From Mobula hypostoma (taxonomy: Eukaryota): a stretch of DNA of 64,000 nt. The notes under the pieces are model-generated. The model did no database searches. It was not told the DNA's origin and worked only from the letters and a program-made list of their open reading frames with translations. Made by a program: the position numbers and the translations under genes. Of this stretch, positions 23,653-35,947 are shown in pieces. The stretch is taken from contig NC_086097.1 of NCBI RefSeq assembly GCF_963921235.1, positions 189,040,001 to 189,104,000 on the forward strand, read 5' to 3'. The first letter of the stretch is position 1, and every line of letters begins with the position of its first letter.

Positions 23653-26600
23653 GGATTCGGAGCAAGAAGGCTGTGAGTGGAACGACTAAGGATTTCTGGA
23701 GCAAAGGCATTTTACTACTTGGGGTAAAAGAGAGGCAAGACTGCGCAGGCGCATGGTGTCAGCCAGTAGAGCGGGAAAAGTTTAAAAAGAAGACCGTCAT
23801 ATTCAGCAGGGAGCATTCGGAGTGGGCAGCAGAGTGAGAGGTAGCAGAGTGGAATAGCTTTGGCTCAACAGACTTATACGATAATGAGGCGAGGTAGGTT
23901 TACCTGTGTTAATTGCGGAAAGGAAGTAGTATGTGTGTGAGGCCGGTTTTCTGTGCTCGGTGCCGGACGTGGGAGATCCTGGAGTCTCCCAGCCTCCTGG
24001 ACAGCCATATCTGCACCCAGTGTGTCGAACTGCAGCTCCCAAGGGACCACGTTAGGGAACTGGAGATGCAGCTCAATGACCTTTGTGTGGTCGGGGAGAC
24101 CCAGGAGGTGATAGGAAAGAGTTATAGGCAGGTGGTCACACTGGGGCCATGGGAGACAGACAAGTGCGTCACAGTCAGGAGGGGGAAGGGGAAGAGTCAG
24201 GTACTAGAGAGTACCCCTGCGGCTGCACCCTTTGACAATAAGTACTCCTGTTTGAGTACTGTTCGTGGGGACAGCCTACCTGGGGGAAGCGGCAGTGGCC
24301 ATACCTCTGGCACAGAGTCCGGCCCTGTGGCGCAAAAGGATAGAGAAAGGAAGAGGAAGGCAGTAGTGATAGGGGACTCTATAGTTAGGGGGTCAGACAG
24401 GCGATTTTGTGGACGCAGGAAAGAAACACAAAAGGAAGTTTGCCTCTCAGGTGCCAGGGTCCGGGATGTTTCAGATCATGTCCAAGTTATCCTGCAGTGG
24501 GAGGGAGAACAGCCAGAGGTCGTGGTACATATTAAATGACATAGGCAGGAAAAGGGAAGAGGTCCTGAAAAAAGACTACAGGGAGTTAGGAAGGAAGTTG
24601 AGAAGCAGGACCACAAAGGTAGTAATCTCAGGATTACTACCTGTGCCACGCGACAGTAAGTATAGGAATAGAATGAGGTGGAGGATAAATGTGTGGCTGA
24701 GGGATTGGAGCAGGGAACAGGTATTCAGATTTCTGGATCATTGGGACCTCTTTTGGGGCAGGTATGACCTGTACAAAAAGGACTGTTTGCACTTGAATTC
24801 CAGGGGGACAAATATCCTGGTGGGGACAGGAATGGTTACTTCAAGTGCCAGGTTTTAGATGTTTCAGAAAGGACAGGGAGGGAGCCAAAAGAGGTGGGGG
24901 GGGGGGCACTGTTGATCAGAGATAGTGTCATGGCTGCAGAAAAGGTGGACATCATGGAGAGATTGTCTACGGAGTCTCTGTGGGTGGATTAGGAAGGGGT
25001 CAATAACTTTACTGGGTGTTTTTTATAGGCCACCCAATAGTAACAGGGATATCGAGGAGCAGATAGAGAAACAGATCCTGGAAAGGTGTAATAATAACAG
25101 AGTTGTCATAATGGGAGATTTTAATTTCCCAAATATCGATTGGCATCTCCCTAGAACATCTCCCTTCAGCATGTAGATATTAAGAAAGAGGATGTGCTGG
25201 AGATTTTGGAAAGCATCAAGTTGGATAAGTCACTGGGACCAGATGAGATGTACCCCAGGCTACTGTGGGAGGCGAGGGAAGAGATTGCTGAGCCTCTGGC
25301 AATGATCTTTGAATCATCAATGGGAACAGGAGAGGTCCCGGAGGATTGGAGGGTTGCGGATGTTGTTCCTTTATTCAAAAAAGGGAGTAGAGATAGCCCA
25401 GGAAATTATAGACCAGTGAGTCTTACTTCAGTGGCTGGTAAGCTGATGGAGAAGATCCTGAGAGGCAGGATTTATGAACATTTGGAGAGGTATAATATGA
25501 TTAGGAATAGTCAGCATGGCTTTGTCAAGGGCAGGTTGTGCCTTACGAGTCTGATTGAATTTTTTGAGAATGTGACTAAACACATTGATGAATGAAGAGT
25601 AGTAGATGTAGTGTATATGGATTTCAGCAAGGCATTTGACAAGGTACCCCATCAAACACTTATTGAGAAAGTAAGGAGGCATGGGATCCAAGGGGACCTT
25701 GCTTTGTGGATCCAGAACTGGCTTGCCCACAGAAGGCAAAGAGTGGTTGTAGATGGGTCATATTCTGCATGGAAGTTGGTGACCAGTGGTATGCCTCAGT
25801 GTTTTGTTCTGGGATCCTTACTCTTCGTGATTTTTATAAATGACCTGGATGAGGAAGTAGAGGGATGGGTTAGAAAGTTTGCTGATGACACAAAGGTTGG
25901 GAGTTTTGTGGATAGTGTGGAAGGCTGTCAGAGGTTACAATAGGACATAGATAGGATGCAAAACTGGGCTGAGAAGTGGCAGATGGAGTTCAACCCAGAT
26001 AAGTGTGAAGTGGTTCATTTTGGTAGGTCAAATATGATGGCAGAATATAGAATTAATGGTAAGACTCTTGGCAGTGTGGAGGATCAGAGGGATCTTGGGG
26101 TCCGAGTCCATAGGACGCTCAAAGCAACTGTGCAGGTTGACTCTGTGGTTAAGAAGGCATACAGTGTATTGGCCTTCATTAATGGTGGAATTGAATTTAG
26201 TAGCTGAGAGGTAATGTTGTAGTTATATAGGGCCCTGGTCAGACCCCACTTGGAGTACTGTGCTCAGTTCTAGTCACCTCACTACAGGAAGGATGTGGAA
26301 GCCATAGAAAGGATTCAGGGGAGATTTACAAGATGTTGCCTGGATTGGGGAGCATGCCTTACGAAAACAAGTTGAATGATCTCAGTCTTTTCTCCTTGGA
26401 GCGACGGAGGATGAGGTGACCTGATAGAGGTGTATAAGATGTTGAGAGGCATTGATCATGTGGATAGTCAGAGGCTTTTTTCCCCAGGGCTGAAATGGTT
26501 GCCACAAGAGAGCACAGTTTTAAGGTGCTGGGAAATAGGTACAGAGGAGATGTCAGGGGTAAGTTTTTTTACGCAGAGAGTGGTGAGTGCATGGAATGGG

Positions 26601-26786
26601 CTGCCGGCAACGGTGGTGGAGGCGGAATCGATAGGGTCTTTTAAGAGACTTTTGGATTGGTACATGGAGCTTAGAAAAATAGAGGGCTATGGGTAAGCCT
26701 AGTAACTTCTAAGGTAGGGACATGTTTGGCACAACTTTGTGGGCTGAAGGGCCTTCATTATGCTGTAGGTTTTCTATGTTTCTATG
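23653..26786 (+). mobile_element. CR1 LINE with 5' UTR, ORF1 and internally deleted ORF2
   Basis: ORF1 (23913-24858): CxxC...HxCxxC, coiled coil, VVIGDS and DCLHLN esterase-like motifs. ORF2 fragments with MGDFN, YMDFSKAFD, KFADD. (TTTCTATG)n tail. Confidence 0.92.
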
Positions 26787-27337
26787 AAAAGTTCCAGAAC
26801 CTGGGCCTCTGTACCTCCCTCTGTAATTGGGTCCTTGACTTCCTAACCAGAAGTGCACAATCTATGTGGATTGATAATAACATCACCACCTCACTGACAA
26901 TCAACACTTGTGCACCTCAGGGAAGTGTGCTTTGCCCACCGTTCTCTCTCTCTACACCCATGACTGTGTCGCTAGGCACAGCACAAATGCAGTCTTTAAA
27001 TTTGCTGACTATTGTTGGCAGAATTTCAGATGGCGACGAGAGGGCATACAGGAGCGAGATATGTCAGCTAGTTGAGTGGTGTCCCAGCAACAACTTGGCA
27101 CTCAGTGTCAATAAGACCAAAGAAATGATTGTGGACTTCAGGAAGGCTAAGACGAGGTAACACACACCAGTCCTCATAGAGGGATCAGAAGTGGAAAAAG
27201 TGAGCAACTTCAAGTTCTTGCGTGTCAATATCTCTGAGGATCTAATCTGGGCCCAACACATTGATGCAGCTACGAAAGTAGGCATGGCAGCATCTAAACT
27301 TCACTTGAAGTTTGAGGAGATTTGGTATGTCACCAAG

Positions 27338-27636
27338 TTCAAAGTCAAAGTCAAAGTCTGTCCTGAGCCTTGTGGCCTATCAGGCTGGTGCTTATGCCGG
27401 TTTCTGTGGCGTGAAGCAACTGAGAGTACGAGACTCCCCCCTGGATAGGACGCCAGTCTATCACGAGGTTAACCCCCAACATTTGCCGGTACACATTTTC
27501 AGCTGGGTGGACTGGAGCAGTGTGTGGTTAAGTGCCTTGCTCAAAGACACAACACGCTGCCTTGGCCGAGACTCGAACTCACGACCTTCAGATCGTGAGC
27601 CCAAGGCCCTAACCACTTGGCCACGCGCCACACTTA
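27338..27636 (-). mobile_element. tRNA-derived SINE, full length, 8-bp TSD TCACCAAG
   Basis: Minus strand A box TGGCCAAGTGG, B box GTTCGAGTC, (GACTTT)n tail. TSD at 27330-27337 and 27637-27644. Confidence 0.9.
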
Positions 27637-28980
27637 TCACCAAGGACACTCACAAATTTCTACAGATGCACCGTGGAGAGCATTCTAACTGGCTGTATCA
27701 CCGTCTGGTATGTTGGGGGGGGCGCGGCGGATGCTACTGCAGAGGATCAAATAATGCTGCAGAGAGTTTTATATTTGGGGAGCTCTATCATGCGCAGCAG
27801 CCTCCGTAGTATCCAGGACATCTTAAAGGAGCAATATCACAAACAGGCAGTGTCCTCATTAAGGATCCCCATCACATAGGTCATGCCTTGTTCTTATTGC
27901 TACCGTCAGGAAGGAGGTACAGAAGCCTGAAGGTACACACTTTGTGATTCAGGAGCAGTTTCTTCCCCTCTGCCATCTGATTTCTGAATGGACATTGAAC
28001 CCACTACCACGCTACTTCTCCACTTCTTTATTTCTATTCTTGCACTATTTATTTAATTTTATATATATATTTACTGTAATTCATATTTTTGCTATTATTA
28101 TGCATTGTGATAATAAATCTGATTCTGATTCTGAGGAGGATTGTGGAGTTCCAACAGCAAACAGCAAACATCATTGTACTCCGTGTGTGAGGCCAAGTGC
28201 TTCGTGGAAAATTCAGGAGTGCAAACTAAGGGAGTGTAGTGAGGGAATACTACTCATCCTAATAGTAACTGAGGCGCATTGTAAAAGGCATAGAGAGCAC
28301 AGAATTCCCAAATTCTATCCAGGACAATATTTCAGCCAGCATGTGGAGAATCAGAGAGAAGCACAATTCTTCATTTAATTTTAGGGAATGAAGGTAGGTT
28401 GAAGTAGAATCAAAGAGTTTAATACCTCCATGGTAGTAATCATAATTCAGTAAGATACTATATGTAAAATTCAAGATATTAGAAAATATCTTCCTAGTCT
28501 CCCTGGTGATCACTCATTCCCCCTCTGCTTGAGATGTGATCAAGTGTGCTTTCTGTAATGCTGTATCCTGACCCATATAGATTTGACAAAGTGATTCTAA
28601 CTTCCGCTTCAGCTCCAAAATATAGAGTTCAAACTTCTGCAGCTGGAGTTATTCCATCTGTTTGTGGTTGTCTCAGTTACTGGAAGCGTACAGAACTTCT
28701 CGCATCACGCAGGATGCACATTCCACTCAGATGAATTACTCTGCCAAGCCTTCCTTTCACAGATGAAATCCAGTAACAAAATAATCACCAATCCATCAGC
28801 CGTATTCCCTCAGACCGTGGGACACTCCAGCAGAATTAGGCCATTCGGCACATCCAGTCTGCTCTGTCATTTGATCATGGCTGATCCATTTCCCTCTTGA
28901 CCCTATTCTCCAGCCGTCTCCCCATAACTTTTCCATCATCCAAGTCATTGACATACAACGCAAAAAGAAGTGGTCCCAAC

Positions 28981-30831
28981 CAGGGCCGGATTTAGTGGGG
29001 CTGGAGCCCTGGGCTGGAGGCCCTGATGGGCCCCCGCCGACACCGCAAAATGCTGCTGTACCAAGCAAAAAAAGGCAAGAACAAGAGCAAAGGTCGTACT
29101 GGTCTAAATATCAAAGCTGTGGACCAAGACATTGGTTTAGTACAATACGTAGGCTATGAACTTACAGGCCTTAAGAGGGAGGGAGGACAGAAAGTAATGC
29201 AGATTCTTAGTTTGAAGGACAGCATCTAAAGCATTCAAAAATAGACCTAGGCTTAGTTGATTTAGTAAAGTTATGAGGGAGACGAAATATGATGTACCCA
29301 ATCTTGAATCTTTATTTAGCTATTGCTGCACATACCAATAGGTCTTATTTCTCAAACAATGCCAAAGCATTTTTATCTGGTATTTTTCTCAACCGTGTGT
29401 TCTGAGAAAGTAAAATGGAAATGAAAGACAAAAAGGCCAAGTGAGATGGCACTATGGCAAACTAGGAAACTTGACAATACTCCAACAATCTTTTTGAAAA
29501 ATGAGATCTAGCACATAATAACCTATTGCTGAGCTGTGTGGCTTGCAGAGTAAAGACCACTTATTACTTACTAGGTTTGTAAACAGTCAACTATTAGCCT
29601 ATTGCCACAAAAACAGGAACAGTACTGACACACAAGCCTAGATATTTACAAAGTCAGATGCTTGTTTTTCAAAATTAAAGCCTAGTTCTTCCGCATTTCT
29701 TCGCAGCAAAGTCTTTGATCAGATCACTAAAATCCAGTTTCCGAAGAAGATCATTTTCAAGTGACATCAGAGTAAGATGATTCAGCCTATCCTGTCCCAT
29801 TGTGGATCTGAGCCTATGTAGCTGCCATTATCAGGCCTGCTGAATATGTATGTCACTGGAGCCTCAGATAGTCAGTCCCCTCTCGACCAAAAACTTCACA
29901 ACCACCAACACTCTTCTCAATACGTCGGTCCAGTAGACACACTCTGACTCGAAATGTTTTTGCAGTTCTGTATCTATTCTTCCGCTGTCAGACTCTAGTG
30001 TAACGTAGGTCAGTATTGTTTTCCTGTGGTGTTCGCTATTTGCATGCTCTCCTATGCGCTCAGCCGCATGTTTCCAGTCGCTAAAGCCAGTTTCGAAGAT
30101 GGACTAACAGTTACCATCACTGAAGATGTGGCATGCAAAACAAAACACACAGCTGGTGGAAGGGGAATATAAGAGCCATTGCCTTGATATGTACTCACCA
30201 TTTACGAGCTTGTGTTTTAAGTGAAATTTGGAGGAAAAAAGGTCTCTGCTATTTGTGTACTTGTTCTGAAGCTTTGCTATCCACATCCTTATTCTGGCAG
30301 GACTCTGGCCCTTTCTTAGCCCAGTATGCTTGGACTGAATCATCTAACGTTTCCTCTCCCCAGCAAACAGGATCAGTGCTATAATGATCCTCAATAGCGG
30401 TAACGTTAACATTAATGACGGCCCAACTTGGTTGTTCGGAGGCCTGTGTGGTCAGGAATCCCAAAGTAATGCTCTCTGCCTCTTCAACATTAGCAGCTGA
30501 CTGTGGCAAGGACGGTGGTCCTGTGCTAACGCTGGTGCTAGCGCTAGCTGCTGAACAGTCTCCATTTGTCCACCGGTCTCAGACTGTGACAAGAGCGATG
30601 GTACTGCTGCATCATCGAGAACAGGTTTAAAAAATTCTGTCAATTTCAATATCTTTTTTAATGCTTCTTTCTCATGATCCTCTTTTTCTTTTTTCTTTTT
30701 TTTTTCTTTTCTGTGTTCCACTCTCATATTTTTTTTTGTCCACCATGATGATAGCTACCTATTTTGGGCCCATCTGCAGCTGTGGCCCCTGGGCTGCAGC
30801 CCAGCCTAGCCCTGCCTAAAGTCCGGCTCTG
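28981..30831 (-). mobile_element. hAT DNA transposon (Tip100/ZMYM1-like), internally deleted
   Basis: TIRs CAGGGCCGGATTTA / CAGAGCCGGACTTTA. Perfect 8-bp TSD GTCCCAAC (28973-28980, 30832-30839). Subterminal CCCTGGGCTG motifs. Confidence 0.92.
29675..30746 (-). pseudogene. hAT transposase remnant: N-terminus and TTF-type zinc finger joined to the C-terminal dimerisation tail
   Basis: MVDKKKYESGTQKRKKK...RQWLLYSPSTSCVFCFAC...GFSDWKHAAERIGEHANSEHH...LRRVLVVVKFLVERGL, then RLRSTMGQDRLNHLTLMSLE...IKDFAAKK. Frameshifts and stops present. Confidence 0.85.
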
Positions 30832-31095
30832 GTCCCAACACCAGCAGCAAATCGGAAAAGGCCCCCTTTATTCCTACTCCTTCACCCCTTCCAGTCAGTC
30901 AATGCTCTATTGATGCTTTCCTGCAAATCATTAGGCTCTTAGCATTGATATGTGCAGTACCTTGTCAAAGGCCTCTTGAAAATCCAAGTACTCAATGTCC
31001 ACCAATTCTCCTTTGTCTATCCTGCTTGATATTTCCTCAAAAAATTCCAACAGATCTGTCAGGCAAGATCTTCCCTTAAGAAAACCATGCATAGA

Positions 31096-31559
31096 GAATA
31101 TTGACTTCTCTAACTTCTGCTAATGCCCCACATCCCCCTTGTACCCCATCCGTCATTTATATATACACATTCTTTCTCTCGCTCTCCTTTTTCTCCCTCT
31201 GTCCCTCTGACTATACCCCTTGCCTATCCTCTGGGTTTTTCTTCCCCCCCGCCGGCTTTTCCTTCTCCCTGGGCCTCCTGTCCCCATGATCCTCTCATAT
31301 CCCTTTTGCCAATCACCTGTCCAGCTCTTGGCTCCATTCCTCCCCCTCCTGTCTTCTCCTATCATTTTGGATCTCCCTCTCCCCCTCCCACTTTTAAATC
31401 TCTTACTAGCTCTTTCTTCAGTTAGTCCTGACAAAGGGTCTTGGCCTGAAACGTCGACTGTACCTCTTCCTAGAGATGCTGCCAGGCCTGCTGCGTTCAC
31501 CAGCAACTTTGATGTGTGTTGCTTGAATTTCCAGCATCTGCAGAATTCCTCATGTTTGC
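31096..31559 (+). mobile_element. PLE 3' fragment inserted in CR1
   Basis: Highly similar to 57245-57669. Begins at the last codons of the GIY-YIG ORF (NIDFSNF). Confidence 0.9.
31423..31460 (+). ncRNA. Hammerhead motif with core mutation (CUGACAA, G8>A), probably inactive
   Basis: tagtcCTGACAAagggtcttggcctGAAAcGTCgactg. Confidence 0.7.
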
Positions 31560-33379
31560 TGATTTTATCATGTGCTTTCAAGTACCCTGAGAACCTCACC
31601 CTTGACAATTGACTCCAACATCTTCCCAGCCGGTGAGGTCAGCTAACTGGCCTATAATTTCCTTTCTTCTGCCTCCAGAATCTAGTAATTCTTGAAATAT
31701 CATTGCTTATGCCTCTACAATCTCTTCAGCTACCTCTTTCAGAACCCTTGGGTGTAGTCCATCTAGTTCAGGTGACTTATCTACCTTCAGACCTTTCAGC
31801 TTCCCAAGAACCTTCCCCTAGTAATAGCAACTGCACTTACTCCTGCTCCCTGACACTTTTGAACATCCAGTATACTGATCATGTTTTCCTCAGTGAAAAA
31901 TGACGCAAAATACTTATTCAGTTCATCCACCATTTCCTTGCCCCCATTACTACCTCTCCAGCATCATTTTCCAGTAGTCCAATATCAACTCTCGCCTCTT
32001 TATATGTATGAAAAAACCTTCGGTATCCTCTTTGATATTATTGGCTAGCTTACCATCGGACCTTCATATTTAACTTTTTCACTCCTTGTGGCTTTTTTAG
32101 TTGCCTTCTGTTGGTTTTTAAAGCTTCCCAATCCTCCAATGTTCCGCTAATTTTTGCTGTATTATATGCCTTCTCTTTTATGTTTGCTTTGGCTTCCTTT
32201 TTCAGCCACAGCTGTGTCTTCCTGCCTTTAGAATACTTCTACTTTGGGATTTCCTGCATCTTCCGACTTTCTCCCAGAGACTCCAGCCATTGCTGCTTTG
32301 CTGTCATCCCTGCTAGTGTGTGCTTTCAATCAACTTTGACCAGCTCCTCTCTCATGCCTCTGTAGTTCCATTTACTCCACTGTAATACTGATACATCTGA
32401 CTTTAGCTTCACCCTCTCAAATTGCAGGGTGAATTCTATCATATTATAATCACTGCCTCCTAAGGGTCTCTATACCTTAAACTCCCTAATCTAATCTGGT
32501 TCATTACACAAAACCCAATCCAGAATAGCTGTTCCCCTGGTGGGTTCAACTACAAGGTGCTCTAAAAAAGCCATCTTGCAGGCATTCTACAAATTCTCTC
32601 TCCTGGTGTCCAAAATGAACACCAACCTTATTTTCCAAGCACCTGCATATTGAAATACCCCATGACTATTGTAATATTACTCTTTTGACATGCATTTGTG
32701 GCCCACATCCTGGCTCTGTTTGGATACTGTTTAGGGGGTTGTGTATAACTCCCAACAGCGTCTTTTTTACCCTTGCAGTTCCTTAACTCTACCCACAACA
32801 GTTCTACAATTTTACATCCATGTCACCTGTTTCTAATGATTTGATTTAATTTTTTACCATCAAAGCCAATCCACCCCCTATACCTACATGCCTGTCCTTT
32901 CAATACAATGTGTATCCTTGGATTTTAAGGTCCCAACTCTAATCTTCTTTCAGGCACGATTCAGTGATGCCCTACAAATTTATACTTCATCTGCTTGTCC
33001 TTCCGGACAGTCTCACCACACATGGTCTCTGCTTGTATAACATCTGCCCCATTTTCAGCCTTATTACTCACTCCCTCAACATCAAATGGTACCAACTGTG
33101 GCATCCCACCTTGCTCCTACTAACTCTATTCACCACCAAGGTTTAACTTACCAAAGTCTACATTCAGAAACATGGTGCTCTAGGAGGCCTTGGTTAGCAA
33201 CATTAGAAAGTCACCTGACTTCAACTAACTGGTAACAACTATCCCAAAAAATCTTAAATGTATGCTACAAAGTTGAGATGACATAAAATTAAATTAACTA
33301 GATTTAACTAATAAACTGAAAACAAAATAAATTTGCCTCCTTATTATGAAAGTCTTTGTTCTGAAGACCGTTGTACTCA

Positions 33380-33700
33380 AACTGTATAAATATAACATTC
33401 TTAATGAAATTTTTGCAACTGAATTTACAAGGGAAGAGGACAATTACTACATTATTCGTATGGAGGAAGTCTGTGAGACTTTGGATGGGGTAAACATAGT
33501 AAAAGAGAAAAGATTAAGAGGTTTATTATCTTTCAGAATGAATGTTAGTATGGCTGGGTGGAATATTCCCCATTCTTTTAAAAGAAGCAAAAGAGGAAAT
33601 TACAGAAGGTCTAACTGTCAATTTTCAATCGTCCCTAGCTCCAGGAATAGAGCCAGAGAAGTGGCAGACTGGCAATGTAGTGTGTTGTTTACATAAAGGC
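33380..33700 (+). mobile_element. Old CR1 ORF2 fragment
   Basis: ORF 33542-33727 (GIFPILLKEAKEEI...PEKWQTGNV). Confidence 0.7.
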
Positions 33701-34204
33701 ATATTTTTTTTGGCTATATATAAATAAAAGACATTCTTTGCAAATTTAGAATTAATCTGCAAATTCCTGTAATCCCATGTTTTTAACATGCATACTACAT
33801 TAGTACATTCATTGCAGTTTACTTATCACTGAGCAAACAATGTAAATGTGATAACAAACCGCACTCAACATGACCAATTTTATAGTTACTGATTGACTTC
33901 ATGTTTGAAATATAAATGGAAACAAGTAGAACAAATTTAATTTGGTCAGTTCTATAAAATAATACGCTGAAATTGCAAGACAACAGGACAATTACCTGCA
34001 TGGTTTTCCTGCTGTTCAGTGCACTGGAAAATGTTCATTAATGCATGGAGCAGTTGGAAAATTGATAGATTGCTGACTAACAAAACACCTCACTGAAGTG
34101 ACCACCTTTTGACCTGGAGTGCAGGTAAATACTGATAGTTAGCAATTGGTCAATGGGCTGGATACTCCAGACTAATAAATGGAATACAAGGATATTCCTT
34201 CAGA

Positions 34205-34925
34205 AAAGAGATGAGGCGGTATTTGTTTTGCCAGAGGGTGGTGAATCTGGAATTCTTTGCCACAGACAGCTGTGGAGGTTAAACCACTGGATAGACTTAA
34301 AGCAGAGATTAATGGGTTCTTGATGAGTAAGGTTGTCAAAGGTCAAGGGAAGAAGGCAAAGGAAAGGGTTGAGAGGGATAATAAATCTAAATTGCCTGAT
34401 TCTGCTTCTTTGTCTTATTGTCTTATGAGAAATTCCATGAGGAGCAGTGGAACAGAGGAACTTGGAAAATCTACTCACAGGTCCTGAAAGGTGGCCAGAC
34501 AGTGATTAAGGTTGTCAGAGAGGTTTACAGGGCGATTTCCTTTATTAGCCATAACGCAGAAAACAAGATTGAGAAGGTTATTCGAGAACTACATATGCTA
34601 CTGCCAAAACTTGTTACATCTTTGACCATCATATTGGATAAACGACAGGAATGCTCTGGAGAGGAGGACAGAAAACACTTAAGTGAATATTCTTTAGGAA
34701 TAGGGAATATTTCAGCTATGAAAGAAAACTTGGATACATACTATCAAGCAGAGGAAGCTGAGAGAAGACATAATATGAGCTGTCCAAATAGCAAAGTAAA
34801 AGTTACTTAATTTGAAATAATTAATAGGAAGATTAAAGGAGAGCTGAGGAAAGATTTCATGATGGTATTTGGAAATTACCCCCTGAAGGGATGGTGGATG
34901 TAGATGTACTGAACACATTTTTAAA
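34205..34925 (+). mobile_element. Two old CR1 3' fragments
   Basis: cagagggtggtgaatctggaattctttgccacag... and ORFs 34257-34487 and 34418-34810 with decayed C-terminal motifs. Confidence 0.7.
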
Positions 34926-34984
34926 GAATTTTGAAGTTCAATGTTGAAAGTAAATTTATTCGATGTACATACTGTATATGTCAC

Positions 34985-35947
34985 TGTCATGTACCCCGTG
35001 ACGGGGATAAAGAACCAGCGGAAATAGAAACCACTTTGGAGTCTCATATTGCAATAAACTACTAATATTTATTAGTAACTACGCAATACAGTAATATAAA
35101 TGTAGATAAATCAAACAGATTAGCAATGATTATATATAAAAGTAAGTGTGGAATATATATGTATGAAAACCAAGCTTCTTTAAGTCTAGGGGTAAAAAGA
35201 TACGGTCTTACGATGTTGAGTAAAGTTCAGTTCAGTTCATGGTATGTAGTTGAATAGCGATGGAGAGAGAGAGAGAGAGTGAGTTGAGTCTTCAGGTGAG
35301 CTGATGCTGTCGATCTTCTCGTCGTCCTTCGAAATCCTTTACAAGTCACTGACTGTGACTTTAACCGGGGGACCGGTTTTCCTGTGGTGGAGCTATCACC
35401 CTGGCAAGGGTGGACACATAGACAACTCCTCACCAGTCAATTCCTTCTCCTACGTTGGAATTGTAACTTGGAATCGATCTGCCTGATCAATCCTCCAAAA
35501 CCCATTTTCTCTGCGGGCACAACAATGCTCATTCAATGTCCAGATCATGTGCCTGAGGTCTGTATCATCTGACCTTCCATTTATTTCACCAGGCTGAGCA
35601 TCACCTGTCATTCAAAGAGTCCCTCCTTCCTTTGTCTGCAAAGAAGTGCACAAGCCGGCAACAAGTCCTTGAAGAAACATCAACAATCAGCCTTTGGTCA
35701 CCATAGCAACCTTCGAGCTGCTCGGTGCTGTCTCCAACTCCAAACTCAGTAAAAATCCAAAGTTACTTCCAATGCCTTAAAGTGACAGTCCAACTGTCAA
35801 TCTTCGTCTCTCTCTCCTTTCCAAAAGCAACATATTGGTGGTAAATAACTCTGTCTCTCTCTCCTTTCCAAACAAACCATCAATGATGAATATCTCTCTC
35901 TGTCTCTCTTCAAACAGTTTATAGGGGCACTCCTGGATCCCCTCACA
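34985..35947 (-). repeat. Complete 3' LTR (~963 bp) preceded by polypurine tract GAGGAAGGGGAG (35948-35959, minus strand)
   Basis: The PPT directly abuts TGTGAGGGG. The first ~128 bp recur as the 5' LTR remnant at 37108-37236. Confidence 0.9.

Larger units (their letters stand above)
22741..28133 (+). mobile_element. Rex1/Babar-type LINE interrupted by CR1 (23653-26786) and a SINE (27338-27636)
   Basis: RT fragments at 22741-23652 resume at 26787 (gttctgattga|aaagttccagaac). (GATTCT)n tail at ~28115-28133. Absent from duplicate copy A. Confidence 0.9.
21393..28816 (+). repeat. Segmental duplication copy B (expanded by nested insertions)
   Basis: Three blocks, 21393-21590, 22301-22740 and 28133-28816, are colinear with copy A. 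Confidence 0.9.
28812..33160 (-). mobile_element. CR1 LINE, decayed, interrupted by hAT and PLE insertions
   Basis: Colinear with the CR1 at 16168-18918 (e.g. 32100-32540 vs 17995-18450). Confidence 0.85.

Noticed and set aside
31123..31612. Pro-rich and Arg/Gly-rich ORFs recurring at 1623-1910 and 57306-57738
   Set aside because: Low-complexity translations of the PLE 3' UTR.
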